Of a DNA stretch of 64,000 nt, positions 51,815 through 64,000 are shown in pieces. Each line of letters opens with the position of its first letter. Position 1 is the first letter of the stretch. Source of the DNA: Bugula neritina (Eukaryota > Animalia > Bryozoa); NCBI GenBank assembly GCA_964035545.1, contig OZ037767.1, forward strand, positions 19,856,628 through 19,920,627. Reading direction: 5' to 3'. A program made the translations under genes and the position numbers. Under the pieces are notes generated by a model that worked only from the letters and a program-made list of their open reading frames with translations, searched no databases and was not told the origin of the DNA.

Positions 51815-53062
51815 GGTCTACAGTTCATCCTATCAGATTGAATCTCGATCAATAATAAAAAAACACTGTTTCACTGTAAGATTTACTTTACATAGTTGCA
51901 TATATTGCTACTCTAAAATTAACATAATATTTTATTAAAATAATGCATTTAAAAGTAAACCTCAACTCATAATTTATTAAAATGTACCAGTATTTTGCTT
52001 ATTTAAATGTTCTTCAACTATCATTTAGGTCTGACTTGCAGCATTTTTTGATCATGCTTCTACTAAGTTTTAGAAAAAGCAGTATTTAATATAGTAATAT
52101 CATATCTATCACAACTATTATTATAATCAAAATATAGCACAAATAAATATAATATAATTGCATAATATATATTTTGTATGTATACATCTAGATGTCTCAA
52201 AGGGATCATGTGACTACTGCTAGTCTGTTTTAGCAAGAGCTGAACCAGTAACAAATAAGAGGTCACATTCTGTGTCACATGGCAGTCACTAGATAGAATC
52301 CCTGCACAGTTGAGAGTCAAGCAGTGCCTTATCTTAATATAAACTGTTACATCCTCTCAGGATATGCCTAATAAACTATTACAATGCTGACCTAATATAA
52401 TATATGCTTTTTATTTATATAAAATATATAGACACACATTTCACTGCTAGCATGCAGCAAATAAACAATGCAATGGAAATGTTGAGCAATAACAACGCCA
52501 CAAAAAACTATTTCAACAGCACCTCAAAATATTGAGCAAAACACAGAATGCTACAGGGTATCAAATGATACGAGCAGTAATAATACAGGGTGTCACATGA
52601 TGAGAGCACTAATAATACAGGAGGGTGTCACATGATGAGGTGAGAACAGTAAAAAATTAGTTTATGAAACTGACATATAAAATACTGACCGATCATTGTT
52701 TATAGAAATACTCACTATAGGATATTAGAACACAAAGTTGAAAACATCTTACAGCTATAACAAAAATGGCAACATATTGTTCCATCTCTGACGCATATGT
52801 ACAAATATAGTATACTATTACAATACCAAAAAGCCGCTAAAACAGAAAAATAATATATTATAGAAACTTGCTGCACTGTACAATACACTTTATATCATCA
52901 ATAAGGCAAAAACAATAGGAAAGTACATAAAGATTTACTAAAAAAACTAGAAAATATAGTCAAGTACAACATAACAATAAAATTATTTTCAACGGTTGGC
53001 CACTTATAAGAAACGTTTACCTGGGCCTCAGTATAGTGCTTAGCCTACATATCCTATCAGAA

Positions 53063-56000
53063 TCAGGATGCTGAAAAGGGGCCTAGCAGGGGCTGAAGGC
53101 CTTCCCGAGAAGATCTGGCTAAGCTGAAAGCTGGTTGGTGTTTCTTTGTGGCCGCCATGCTTGGTGAGTAAGAACCTGGACCAGGGGTCTTATCTACAGT
53201 AAGGAATATCATACTATAGAGACTGCTGTGGACTATGCTAAATATATCTACAGTCAGTTTGTGAAAACTTTAGGCTAGCAGTAGACTTTAGAAAGCTGTC
53301 TATAGAAATTATCTGCACTGCAGATGTGTTACAGAGTTTCAAGCTGCAAGTATCACAAATGTTGTGTTTAACAGAACAACACAATGAAATAAATTATGAG
53401 TTATTAAGTAATATTTGGGAACAGCTGTGGTCCAGCGGTTAGAGCGCTGCTCTAGTGAAACGTTTAGTCAGTGGTTTGGGTCCAAAGACATGCTAGAAAG
53501 GGCATTCAGTCATAATTTCCCCTGTGCTACTTTAGAAACAAGTCCTTAGTCTAACTTAAAATAAACCTTTACACTGGAGGTTTCTCACAGGGATGGTTAC
53601 TATACAATACGTGCCAGCTGTTTTCATCAGGTGATATTTAACTGATTGTATCAGTAAAGACAGAGCACTAGGTAAAAGAGTGTCAGCCAATGGCTGTTGA
53701 TCATAACCACTCACTTACCTTTCTGTACCCAAGAGTTTCCCGGATCTGTCCTGAAAGAGTGAATAACAGAGGGTGCTCTGTGATACACAATGCCATCAGC
53801 TAAGTTCTTGTTGTATGAGGCTGGAGAGGGCTGGTTCTCCGACCCAACCTTAATGAAGGCTATTTTCCTGTGGCCCATGGTATAAGCGGGAGACCGATTG
53901 TGGGTGGTCTGGTGCTCCCCTCCTATCACCAGTCTATCATTGTATGTGGAAGGAGAAGGCCACTAAAACATAACCAGTCAAACCAATAGGTTACACCCAT
54001 CTAATCTTTACACTTACACTCCAACTACGCTTTAAACTTACTTTACACTTACACTCCATCTAATCTTTACACTTACACTCCATCTACTCTTTAAACTTAC
54101 GCTCCATCTACTCTCTAAACTTACGCTCCATCTACTCTCTAAACTTACACTCCATCTACTCTTTAAACTTACACTCCATCTACTCTTTAAACTTACGCTC
54201 CATCTACTCTTTAAACTTACACTCCATCTACTCTTTAAACTTACACTCCATCTACTCTTTAAACTTACACTCCATCTACTCTTTAAACTTACACCCCATC
54301 TATTTTTTAAACTTACACCCCATCTATTCTTTAAACTGGCACTCCATCTACTTTTTAAATTTACATTTCACCTACTGTGTAACTTAACACTCTATCTACT
54401 TTTTAAACTTGCACTCTACCAACTATAAAGTTAAACTTAATTTTCTATAAAACCAGCCCAGCCATATAATTTCTATTAATGTAATCCATAGCTTCTAATC
54501 GTGAAAACTGTCTTTATCATGCTACAATAATGCTTTAGAGATTCTAATAATAATAATTATGTCCTACATCGTATAAAAGAAAATGCATACAAAAGGCATT
54601 CATTTATTCTCAAGTTATAAGATATGATAGTTCTAGAGCGCATGCATTCATGGCAAGAGATTCAAGTTCCCTAATAATGATATGAGAAATATTAGATGGA
54701 GATTTGACAGATTATAAAGGAACCCTTTTTGTTAATTATCTCATCCTGGAACATGAGCTAGTGACTGCTGCCAGACTTATAGACACCAGAGAAAAGCTCT
54801 CAGAATAACTGGACTGTTGTGATGAGTGAATGTGAAACTTACGACATTCTCTTGATTAAAGTTGGCCTTGCTGGTCCAGACCTCGGGGGACTGGTACCAA
54901 GTCTTGGACCAAGATGTCCTGCCACCCAAATCTAAACAGGAAAAACCTAACATTAGCACTAGTATTTGATTCTTAGAAGCACAACATAAATGCTTAACAA
55001 GAATTTATTGTTGAATAGACAAGCTAACACTAGAGTTGGAATCTGATAACCTTCACCTTTGTCCTCCTGTTGTATATTGAGAGAGAGCGGGGAGGGGAAT
55101 GGCTGGCAAACAAATATGTAAGTTATTCATTTGCAATTTATAAACAAAAAAGTTTTTACAAAAATTTCTTATGTCGAGTGAATCGACAAAAAAAAATTAT
55201 ATTAGAAGGTGAATTGAATAAAGAGTCTAGTTAGTGAAAAGAGTTGTTATACTGCAAGATCCAAGGTGCTGGTGAGGGCAATACTCGACTAGCATTAGAA
55301 ACCTGCAGGGTTTTAATAGGGAGGGACGAATAGCATGCCCCCATAAACTTGCAAAACAAATCCGTTAAAAAAAACGCTAGAATGTCTAAAGTTCATAGGT
55401 CTCTAAAACATTCGTAAAAAAAGTTAGGAGTGCGATTAGTTGTGCTAGAATGTAAAGGTGTTAGTTATGTATTACGAGTATACATCAAGCAGGAATAAGT
55501 CCCAGATAACAATAATTTATATTGATTTTATACTTCTATAAGACTTCAAAAGACTTTTGTTTTAGTTTAATGATCTGCATCGAATTACACATATATGTAT
55601 AGTAAACATATATTTATAAACATTGGTTTGTGTAAAAATCCTGTTGAATAAAGAAAAGTGTAGTAACGGTGTTAAAACTTGGCCATAGAATCAACATGAA
55701 ACACTGCCTTACACAAACATGGCCTTAGGACTCCACAAAGAATATTGTGGAACCAGGGGTGTGATAGGAGGAGGAGAGGGTTCCCGCCCGAAATGCAGTG
55801 AGCAGAGGGGATTTAGGAGCAACTAATCATTTAGACAAGAGACATGTTGTATCATTCACAAGTTATTGCTGAGTCAGTTTTGATTACAAATAATACATTT
55901 TGGTGATATACGAAAGCAGGTCACGTCTACATTGCTAATAGGAGCAGCTAGCAGAATTAAAATGAAGAAGAGATGAAACTAATGTCTAACACTAATACAG

Positions 56001-57327
56001 AAATACTACGTGTGCTAGTCTATTGCGAGGGCATAGAATACATACGCCAAGTCAACAATCAAGTCTTTACCTCTTCTACGTCCTAGTATATAAAACGCAT
56101 ATAAAGTATGAAGACGTCGTTATCCATCTTTTCCATACACAGCATTGAAAAGTTACTTTACTAAATAAATTTTACTAAATTAAATTTTTCCAGAGACAAA
56201 CAAATGTAAAAAATAAAATGCTGACCCAGCTAAACTGAAATATATTTCAAAAAGTTGGCTGTAGGCCAGTAATGTTATCAATCTATAATTACCATAGAAT
56301 TCTAATTCAACAAAACAATGAGAAACCATTTCATTACTGAATTATCATAATATACTTTACACAAAGTAAGAGTGTCATATAGCAATCCTAAAGAAACCGA
56401 CCTTTTTCAGACCAGCACCGAGGTCGCATCGTGTACGATGGAGCATTCGTCTCATTTAATGGCTTGGTATAGTGTGGATTGTAAGCCCATGGTCCAGGGG
56501 TGGACAGGTCGGGACGTAGAGGGGGCCTACTATCTATTATCTCTTTATATTTTATATTACATGTGCCTGAGCCTATTTGTGGACGGACAGATGCAGGATT
56601 ACCTCTGAAGTATAACATTTGGTTACATTTATACAGAACTAAATATCACAGGAAAATTATTTTAGAAGAATATGATAGACTATGTATTGTCATATTTTGT
56701 ACTGTCATATTTAATATAACTAGGACACAAGTTTTAAATATTCAAATTATAAAAATGTGGAAAAGTATAAAACATAAGAAATAGGGAGCAGCCAAGTTAG
56801 AGCCTTTGCTTACGAAGTTATGGGTTCAAACCCCGACAAAGGCCTATGGCGATGTTAGGAAGACCATCTAGTCATAATTGCTCCTGTGCCTCATCTGAAT
56901 AAGCCCTTCACCTGCTTTAACAAAAACCCCTTCCATCAGGGGTTTCTCAAAGGGAGGGTAACTATAAACTTGCGTGAGTTTTATAAAACATAAGAAATAA
57001 GGAAAAGCAAAGTGGAAACACATGAGCAAACACAACTAACATGATAATATAGTAAAATACAGGTCAAGTTTGGTTTGAAAGTTGATGTCAATATACTCAA
57101 TAGTTTGTATATACGCTAATAAATACGTAAAATCACTGCTGACATTTTATTGAAAATTGTCTACTTGAGAAAATAAGATCTAACCTGTGAGCAGAGTTTA
57201 ACCTGGCAGGAAGTTTGCGTTTCGGCAGAAGATATCGTCCGGAGCGAATAGCGCGATGATTCAAATCAGGGTGAAAGTTGCTGCTTTTTATATAACTAGT
57301 GGTGGTGGTGGGCTTTTCAATCACCAT
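53063..57327 (-). CDS. STPG3: Sperm-tail PG-rich repeat protein, STPG3-like (SHIPPO/ODF3 repeat family)
   Basis: Exons ~57185-57327, 56402-56603 (TPGPWAY, APSYTM), 54843-54931 (GGRTSWSKTWYQSPEVWTSKANFNQENV), 53719-53962 (WPSPSTY, SPAYTM, PSPASY), 53063-53193 (TPGPGSY, PAFS). The GG..W...W.QS....T.KA.F.QE..WPSP block is recalled from STPG3. The first exon is less certain. Confidence 0.78.
53417..53606 (+). mobile_element. SINE family 2, diverged copy
   Basis: A-box head TGTGGTCCAGCGGTTAGAGCG; shared CAGTCATAAT core and GGTTTCTCACAGGGATGG tail. Confidence 0.7.
53990..54420. repeat. 24-bp minisatellite (ACTTACACTCCATCTACTCTTTAA)n
   Basis: Visible tandem units. Confidence 0.95.
56784..56981 (+). 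mobile_element. SINE family 2 copy with 18-bp TSD
   Basis: TATAAAACATAAGAAATA at 56766-56783 and 56982-56999; body homologous to 12847-13050. Confidence 0.85.
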
Positions 57328-57769
57328 TTTAAATGTGGGGGTTAAAGTTTCAAAACTTTATATTGACTGGTCATCAACCTTTTTCTATAACAATAATCAT
57401 AAAGCTATCATCATTCATTCCACATAAAACAGTAAGAAATTCAGTTTAAGATTTCTAGAAACCTAAAGAAACCTACAAAACATTAAATTCTACAAATTCG
57501 ATGCTAATGTACTTGGAAAAAGAGACTAGAAAACAAGAAAGACATTAAAATTACTATTTAATATAAATAAATTAAAATAAAGATTCAATAACTTGCTATA
57601 AATATATTACTTTTAAGTGTCATTAAGTTATTACAATACAAATATTTAAATTTATTGGAACACTCAATTTTATAGTTAAGATAACTAGAACGATTAATAG
57701 CTACTTTACACAGTATAGGCCTACTATGTTTATGGCTACAGTTATTTTTATAGTCAGTTCTGCCAAGAT

Positions 57770-59970
57770 CACCAGGTGTCACAATATCCAAATGGCAGTG
57801 ATACTCATAACATATGCATATCCATCAAGGGACTTGAGTCACTTATTAGAGGTTTGGCAAATGGTAAATCACCGGGGCCGGACGGCATAAGAAAACCAGA
57901 CCTATTAGTTGATACTGAAATAAATGCCACTTGTCTTCAGCACATATACCATGCCCCACTTAAATCTGGAAAACTACCAAGAGAGGGGAAACTTGCTAAT
58001 GTAACCCCAATACATAAAGGAGGAAGCAAGGAATCACTACAGAATTATAGGCCTATCTCCCTCACAAGCATTCCGTGCAAAATGCTTGAGCACATAATCC
58101 TGCACTACCTGAATGCAACCCTTGACAATATACTTCACAACAGGCAGCATCGTTTTCGAAAGGGAATGTCATGCGATACTCAGCTGTGCTCAGCGCACCA
58201 TGACATTGCCAAAGCGTACGACCAATCACAAGACACACATGCAATTGTTCTAGACTTCAAAAAAGCATTTGACAAAGTCCCCCATTCCCTACTGCTACTG
58301 AAACTACGTCGCATTCCAGAAGTTAACCCACAGATTATAAATTTGATTCAAGATTTCATCACCAACAGAAAACAGAGAGTTGTAATCAAAGGCTCATGCT
58401 CAACTGAGCTCCCAGTAACATCGGGCCTCCCCCAAGGATCTGTACTAGGACCCACACTATTCCTGGTTTATATTAACGATTTACCAAGTTGTGTCAATTT
58501 TTGTGTCAGTCTTTATGCAGACGACACCCTGCATTTGACAAAGTCCCCCATTCCCTACTGCTACTGAAACTACGTCGCATTCCAGAAGTTAACCCACAGA
58601 TTATAAATTTGATTCAAGATTTCATCACCAACAGAAAACAGAGAGTTGTAATCAAAGGCTCATGCTCAACTGAGCTCCCAGTAACATCGGGCCTCCCCCA
58701 AGGATCTGTACTAGGACCCACACTATTCCTGGTTTATATTAACGATTTACCAAGTTGTGTCAATTTTTGTGTCAGTCTTTATGCAGACGACACCCTGCAT
58801 TTGACAAAGTCCCCCATTCCCTACTGCTACTGAAACTACGTCGCATTCCAGAAGTTAACCCACAGATTATAAATTTGATTCAAGATTTCATCACCAACAG
58901 AAAACAGAGAGTTGTAATCAAAGGCTCATGCTCAACTGAGCTCCCAGTAACATCGGGCGTCCCCCAAGGATCTGTACTAGGACCCACACTATTCCTGGTT
59001 TATATTAACGATTTACCAAGTTGTGTCAATTTTTGTGTCAGTCTTTATGCAGACGACACCCTGTTGTACCAAAGAGTAAACTCAGAAGCAGATGCTGCAG
59101 ACTTCCAGGTCAATATCGATGCAGTATATAACTGGTCCCAACAATGGAAAATGCCTTTTAATGAAAGTAAATGCCATGCTATATCATTTGGTCGCCAAAC
59201 AGGCCTTCCATCTTATAAGCTTGGGAGTACACCTGTCCAATGGACTGAAGAGACCAAGTATCTCGGTGTGACCATGCAGAGTAACCTTAAATTTGACAAA
59301 CACATTGTGCTGAAATCACAAAAAGCTAGCAGAGTCCTGGGAGCAATAAAGTTTGCGCTCCATGATGCTCCAAAAAATGGCAAACTCTTGGCTTACACCA
59401 GCCTCTGCCGTCCATTGTTGGAGTATGCAGATACCCTTTGGGATCCTTATTTAAAACCACCATACATGATATAGAAATGGTTCAGAACCGTGCTGTGAGG
59501 TTCATATCAGGTCTCAAGAGGCGAGAGAGTGTTAGTGACGCTCGATGCGAACTGGGTCTACTACCATTACAAACGAGGCGTAAAAATTATAGACTCACAC
59601 TATTGACACGTATTCTACAGTCTGAAGTCACACATGCACACTACACTTTCATCAGACTATGATGAGGTTGTGGAAAATCGCTCTCTCATGTCCGTAACTA
59701 TGAGATCAGCAACCCAAGGTTTACCTAACTCCATTTCTTCTCGCTCTAGCTGTTACCATCAAAGTTTCTTACCAAGAACGATACGCGACATGAGAGGATT
59801 TACCTAGCTTACCTATCATTTTCCTTTTAAATATCACTATCTAAATTGAATAATATCAGCGGTAATGCAGAAGCACTAAAAAAACAACGGAACACTCACT
59901 GTCACACACATGAGGCGCTCTACTAACGTCATGTGATGGTCAAGAGCGTTCTACCTCATCGCAGGTAATT
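57770..59970 (+). mobile_element. 5'-truncated non-LTR retrotransposon (LINE) RT and 3' end; clade not resolved
   Basis: [59 protein letters not shown] and SFLPRTIRD motifs. Frameshifts and an internal triplication; stem-loop in the 3' UTR (~59909-59959). Confidence 0.93.
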
Positions 59971-61810
59971 CAGAGATATTGTAATTATTCCTATATTTGT
60001 GATTATACTAAATTTAAACAACTAAAATAATAAATAACTAATAATGAATTATTAGATAAATGTTAAAAAACATATACTCCTAATGTATATATAGTATAAT
60101 ACTATCAGTTATAGTAATAGTATTAGCAATTAATCATTATTCATTAGTATTACTTGTACATAACAATTTTAAATTTATAAGCTATTACACTTACCGAGTT
60201 AGTAATTTACTACTTATAGTTATACTTATAGTGGTAGTAATTGCAGTGGTAGTAGTATTATTTTATTTAATATAACTATTACCATTAGAATTAGTATTGC
60301 TATCAATCATGAGACATAACCCATTAGCCATTGGATTTATTTTTAGTCACCTACACTGTAGGTAATAGTAATACTAATAGTAAATAAAATAATGCTACTA
60401 CCACTGCAATTACTACCATTATAAATAATTTTACTAATTCCAAAGTTAAGAGGGAGATTGTAGGCTACAGGCTCCCTCTTAAATTTGAAATCAGTAAAAT
60501 TAGTCAAGTCAAAGTGATACTTGTACAAAAAAATTAAATCACATATGTGTGCTTTGAATTTTAAATTTACTTAAAAATATATTAGTTGTACTTATAGTCA
60601 CACTAAAAACGTTTGTGTGAAAACTATTAACTTCAAGTTCAACTTACAACTATTACCAATACTATAACTATTACTATCAGTATGAGTATCACTATCACAT
60701 TCACCATCACAGAATCAGAATGATTATGGATTATCAGATTTAGTAAATCACCACCTGCTTTTTAAAATTACTATTGTAAATAATATCTACGGTGACATAT
60801 ATTCATTTTACATGTAAAATTTATAAGATCTCATTGAACATTAGTCAGCAGAGCAAGATTTATCAAATCCAGTAAAAACTGCTAACAGTAAGTGTAACTG
60901 GCTTTAAACATCTGCATGTTCATGTTGCTTAGCACTAATGCAGCGAGTCAAGTAGTGATATGAATAGTTTATTAGAACTGATCTAATTGGATGTTTAAAA
61001 AGCAAAAGTTTATTGAAAATTGTTGCTGAAAGACTGAAAGACATACCACCCTGTTGCATTGAGATTTTGCAGGTTTAAGAAACTAGCTAAATGATTGTTT
61101 CCGCCATGCCCCCCTGTTCCATAACACCCTAATGGCTGAGTGCTGATTGAATTTAGCTATGTAGTCAGATGAAGTGTTTCATTATTAAGTTGGTGAAAAA
61201 CTGAAGTAAGTGTTGGTGGGTTGCATTATGATTATGGTTATATTTATTATCAATTACGACTATTTTAATGATTGAGTTTTAATTAATATTTTATTTTATT
61301 TTATATTCTAGTTTGATCACAATGACAATGTCGTAGGTGTGTATTCATATTGATATTCAATTTTAAATTTATGCTGATGATCATATTGATGTAGTTATAC
61401 TTAAAGTTAAAGTGGTATGCAGTTATATTCATAGTCATATTATTCAATGTCATAATTTAATATTCATATTGACATTCAATTTCATATTCATATTGATATT
61501 GTGATTCACTGATTGTGGCAATAAAAATGATACCACTTTAACTTGAAGTAAAATTAATTGACTAATTGTTGTTGTACTTGTAGAGCAGGCCTAGAAGACG
61601 AAGTAGATTAATATACTAATTAAAATTAAATTATTAATAGTAATGTTATAATAATAATATAAATCATCTTAATTAAATTAAAATTGGATTTATAATCATT
61701 ATCATTTATGTATTATGTTAATACTATTAATATAATTATAATCATAATCAGATCATGATAATTTTTATAACTTACAGTCATAGTTTATGGTAACAATGAG
61801 TTACAATGGT

Positions 61811-62124
61811 TGTTCATAGTGTGGTGGTTCGTGGAACTACCAGCAGCACAACATGTAGGGTCGCGTAATTGACCCGGAACAATGGATAGCCAATTAGCAT
61901 AGTTGATAGTTAGCAGCAATTGTAGTTTCCCGCTGCTAACTCAGTCGAAGCTAGAGTGTGAAATAGATTAGATGTGTAACTTGTTTGGAAATAATGTATC
62001 GTTTTTGTAATGTATAATTGTGTGTAAAATATACTCGTTCACTCGACTTATCCTGGTGCAGTTCTATAGTAACTAAATAGACTCTCTGGATAGCACATCA
62101 ACCCTAAATCTGGAAATCATAACA
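61811..62124 (+). mobile_element. 5' LTR of Gypsy copy 2 (start approximate, 61811-61820)
   Basis: TG...AACA ends; sharp composition change from the AT-rich flank; followed after 1 nt by a PBS. Confidence 0.8.
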
Positions 62125-62125
62125 G

Positions 62126-62144
62126 TGGTGGCAGCGGTGGGATT
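62126..62144 (+). promoter_or_regulatory. Primer-binding site complementary to tRNA-Leu 3' end
   Basis: TGGTGGCAGCGGTGGGATT is the reverse complement of AATCCCACCGCTGCCA-CCA, the known 3' end of animal tRNA-Leu(AAG/TAG). Confidence 0.88.
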
Positions 62145-62155
62145 GTGCATCCAAG

Positions 62156-63109
62156 ATGGAGACTGAAAATGCTGGAACTCAACCACCGGCAATCGAAGGT
62201 GAGCGTAGAGACAATGCTGTAGAGACAATGCCTGTTAACCATGTAGTAGAAGAGCGAAGGGTTCCGCGAGAACTAGCTGAAGACCGCTACAGGTTAAAGG
62301 CGCCCACCTTCACGGGTGAAGAGGAGGTGGAACAATTTATCCAAGAGTTTAGCGACGTAATGGACGTCGCTCAGTGGCCCCCTAGGGTGGCCTTGCTGAA
62401 GCTTAGAATGGCATTGATGGACAAAGCCAAGCCCTACGGGCTGGGTGTAGACATTGATAATATCTTTGCTTCTCTGCGGGCCCGCTTTGGCCTCTCTGCT
62501 ACAGATGCCAGGGCCCGATTGCAGAGGTTGCGGCGTGATCCCCGCACCCCGCTGCGGGAGCATGCCGCCGCGGTCATGAAGCTGGCACAGATCGCGTACA
62601 GCGACTTGCCCCCAGTCAACCGCGAGAGGTACACCCTCGACGCTTTCATAGCATCTGTCGACGATCTGGGTCTCCACCACCAGTTTCTAGCTAGGGGAGT
62701 CACCACCGTTGAAGATGCTCTGACTGAGGGGGAAGCTTACCTCCTAGCTAATCAAATGCATAAAAGTCGCGGAAGCTCCCGCCAAGTGGAGATAGACCGC
62801 GCAGACACGGCCGCGGGACAAGGGGAGGAAACCCCCGCCGCGGCTGCCGTGTCCCAGTTGGCGACGGCATCAAAAGTCACTCAACTGACGGACATGCTAG
62901 CCAAGCTGATAGCAACACTGACACCACAAAACCCAGTGAGTACCGCCCCTGAGCCCATGCGGCCATCGGCGCCGCCACAGGGAGAAACAGTCAGTTTTTG
63001 CTGGGAGTGCGGAAATCAAGGACATTTCCGCCGATATTGTCCCTTCCTAAATCAGGGGTTAAACTACCGCGGCCCGCAGATGTTCCCACCTTCCGCGGGC
63101 CGACGATGA
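62156..63109 (+). CDS. gag: Gypsy Gag with CCHC zinc knuckle
   Basis: 317-aa ORF starting 12 nt after the PBS; APTFTG capsid-like start; CWECGNQGHFRRYC. Confidence 0.92.
   Translation: METENAGTQPPAIEGERRDNAVETMPVNHVVEERRVPRELAEDRYRLKAPTFTGEEEVEQFIQEFSDVMDVAQWPPRVALLKLRMALMDKAKPYGLGVDIDNIFASLRARFGLSATDARARLQRLRRDPRTPLREHAAAVMKLAQIAYSDLPPVNRERYTLDAFIASVDDLGLHHQFLARGVTTVEDALTEGEAYLLANQMHKSRGSSRQVEIDRADTAAGQGEETPAAAAVSQLATASKVTQLTDMLAKLIATLTPQNPVSTAPEPMRPSAPPQGETVSFCWECGNQGHFRRYCPFLNQGLNYRGPQMFPPSAGRR
63058..63102 (+). promoter_or_regulatory. -1 programmed ribosomal frameshift signal (gag/pol)
   Basis: G TTA AAC in the gag frame, a 5-nt spacer, then an 8-bp GC stem CGGCCCGC/GCGGGCCG. pol is open in the -1 frame from this point. 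Confidence 0.75.
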
Positions 63110-64000
63110 AACCTCCAGGGAAGAAGAAACGCAGGTCACCCAGACGGGTACCGCGTACTGGCAACCAACAGTGGCAACAGCCACGACGGACCAGCAAGGG
63201 GCTTCGCCCCGCAGCTGCCTTTTCTATGCCCCTTCACAACAGATTCACAGGGCTACAAGTCCAAGAATCTGGATGGGAGCCCACAAAGGTAGCTGAGAAT
63301 CTAGCCTCGGCACCCCCGAGGCCTACCTACCACCGCCCTAAGAGACCTCCTTCGCGACCCAAAGCGAGGGAGGTACTCCCTGCGAGAGTAAGGCCTGAAG
63401 GGAGAGTTCAGGTGCAGCCCCATGGGAACAGCTATTTCTTGCCCGGTAAACTGGAAGGCAAAGCTGTTACTTTCCTCATTGATTCGGGCTGTACCACAAA
63501 CCTCTTAAGCCGCCAACTCTTCGACACCCTCAGTACTAGGGTCAAGGGCGAGATGGAAGCATACGAAGGGGAATACGGCACCCTCGCTGACGGGTCGTGC
63601 CTTCCCTTCTATGGTATAATTGAGCTGACGGGACGAGTCCGTGATCAAACGATCCAAGAGACGTTCATCGTCAGTCAGCTCAAGGAGGATGCTATCCTCG
63701 GGATGCCGTTCCTTAAACGGCACGGATGTCACATAGATTTTAGCAGATCTGCAATGATGATGTCCGGGCGGGAACTCGCCTGCGTCGACAAGTTCGGCCG
63801 CCCTTTAGTGGGAGGTGTGCAAGTGGTACGCAACCGTATCATACCAGGCCGCTCCCGGGCTACCATTCACTGCAGGGTGAATAGTAGCCGGATCTCTGGA
63901 CTCGGGGTGGTTGAAGGCGCGCACGAAAAGATCCAACTTGCCAGCAGTCTGAATCAGCTGACTGAGCAAGGGGAGATCTTAGTGCAGTGTGTCAACCCCT
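63064..64000 (+). CDS. pol: Gypsy Pol N-terminus (transframe region + aspartic protease), runs off window
   Basis: Open -1 frame; FLIDSGCTTNLL at ~63472-63507 and AILGMPFL. Absent from the ORF track because it has no stop codon in the window. Confidence 0.9.

Noticed and set aside
55255-55820. GC-richer island in an STPG3-like intron
   Set aside because: No ORF, TIR pair or TSD identified; probably an old repeat remnant, and the flanking exons join in frame without it.

Overview
AT-rich, intron-containing animal genomic DNA, probably an invertebrate; the species cannot be determined from the sequence alone. Host genes, reconstructed by hand from GT-AG exons: two tandem classical short-chain dehydrogenase/reductase (SDR) genes (- strand, 8.3-16.7 kb), head-to-head with two tandem class I SAM-dependent methyltransferase genes (+ strand, 18.2-27.8 kb); an uncharacterised secreted-protein gene (-); a divergent pair of stomatin/band-7 genes (36.4-51.8 kb); and an STPG3-like sperm-tail PG-repeat gene (-). 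Two members of one Ty3/Gypsy LTR family bracket the window. The left copy (1-7138, -) is decayed and carries an extra zinc-finger/coiled-coil ORF after integrase. The right copy is an apparently intact 5' half (LTR, tRNA-Leu PBS, gag, -1 frameshift signal, protease). Also present: nested MITEs with visible TIRs and TSDs, a Charlie/Buster-type hAT relic, two tRNA-derived SINE families, a 5'-truncated LINE with a triplicated RT core, and many mini/microsatellites. Best leads are the Gypsy accessory zinc-finger ORF, a frame-rescuing splice shift in methyltransferase copy 1, a duplicated catalytic SDR exon, the possible SDR+methyltransferase metabolic cluster, and a three-level nested MITE. Coordinates were read by eye and may be a few bases off. 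No database searches were run.
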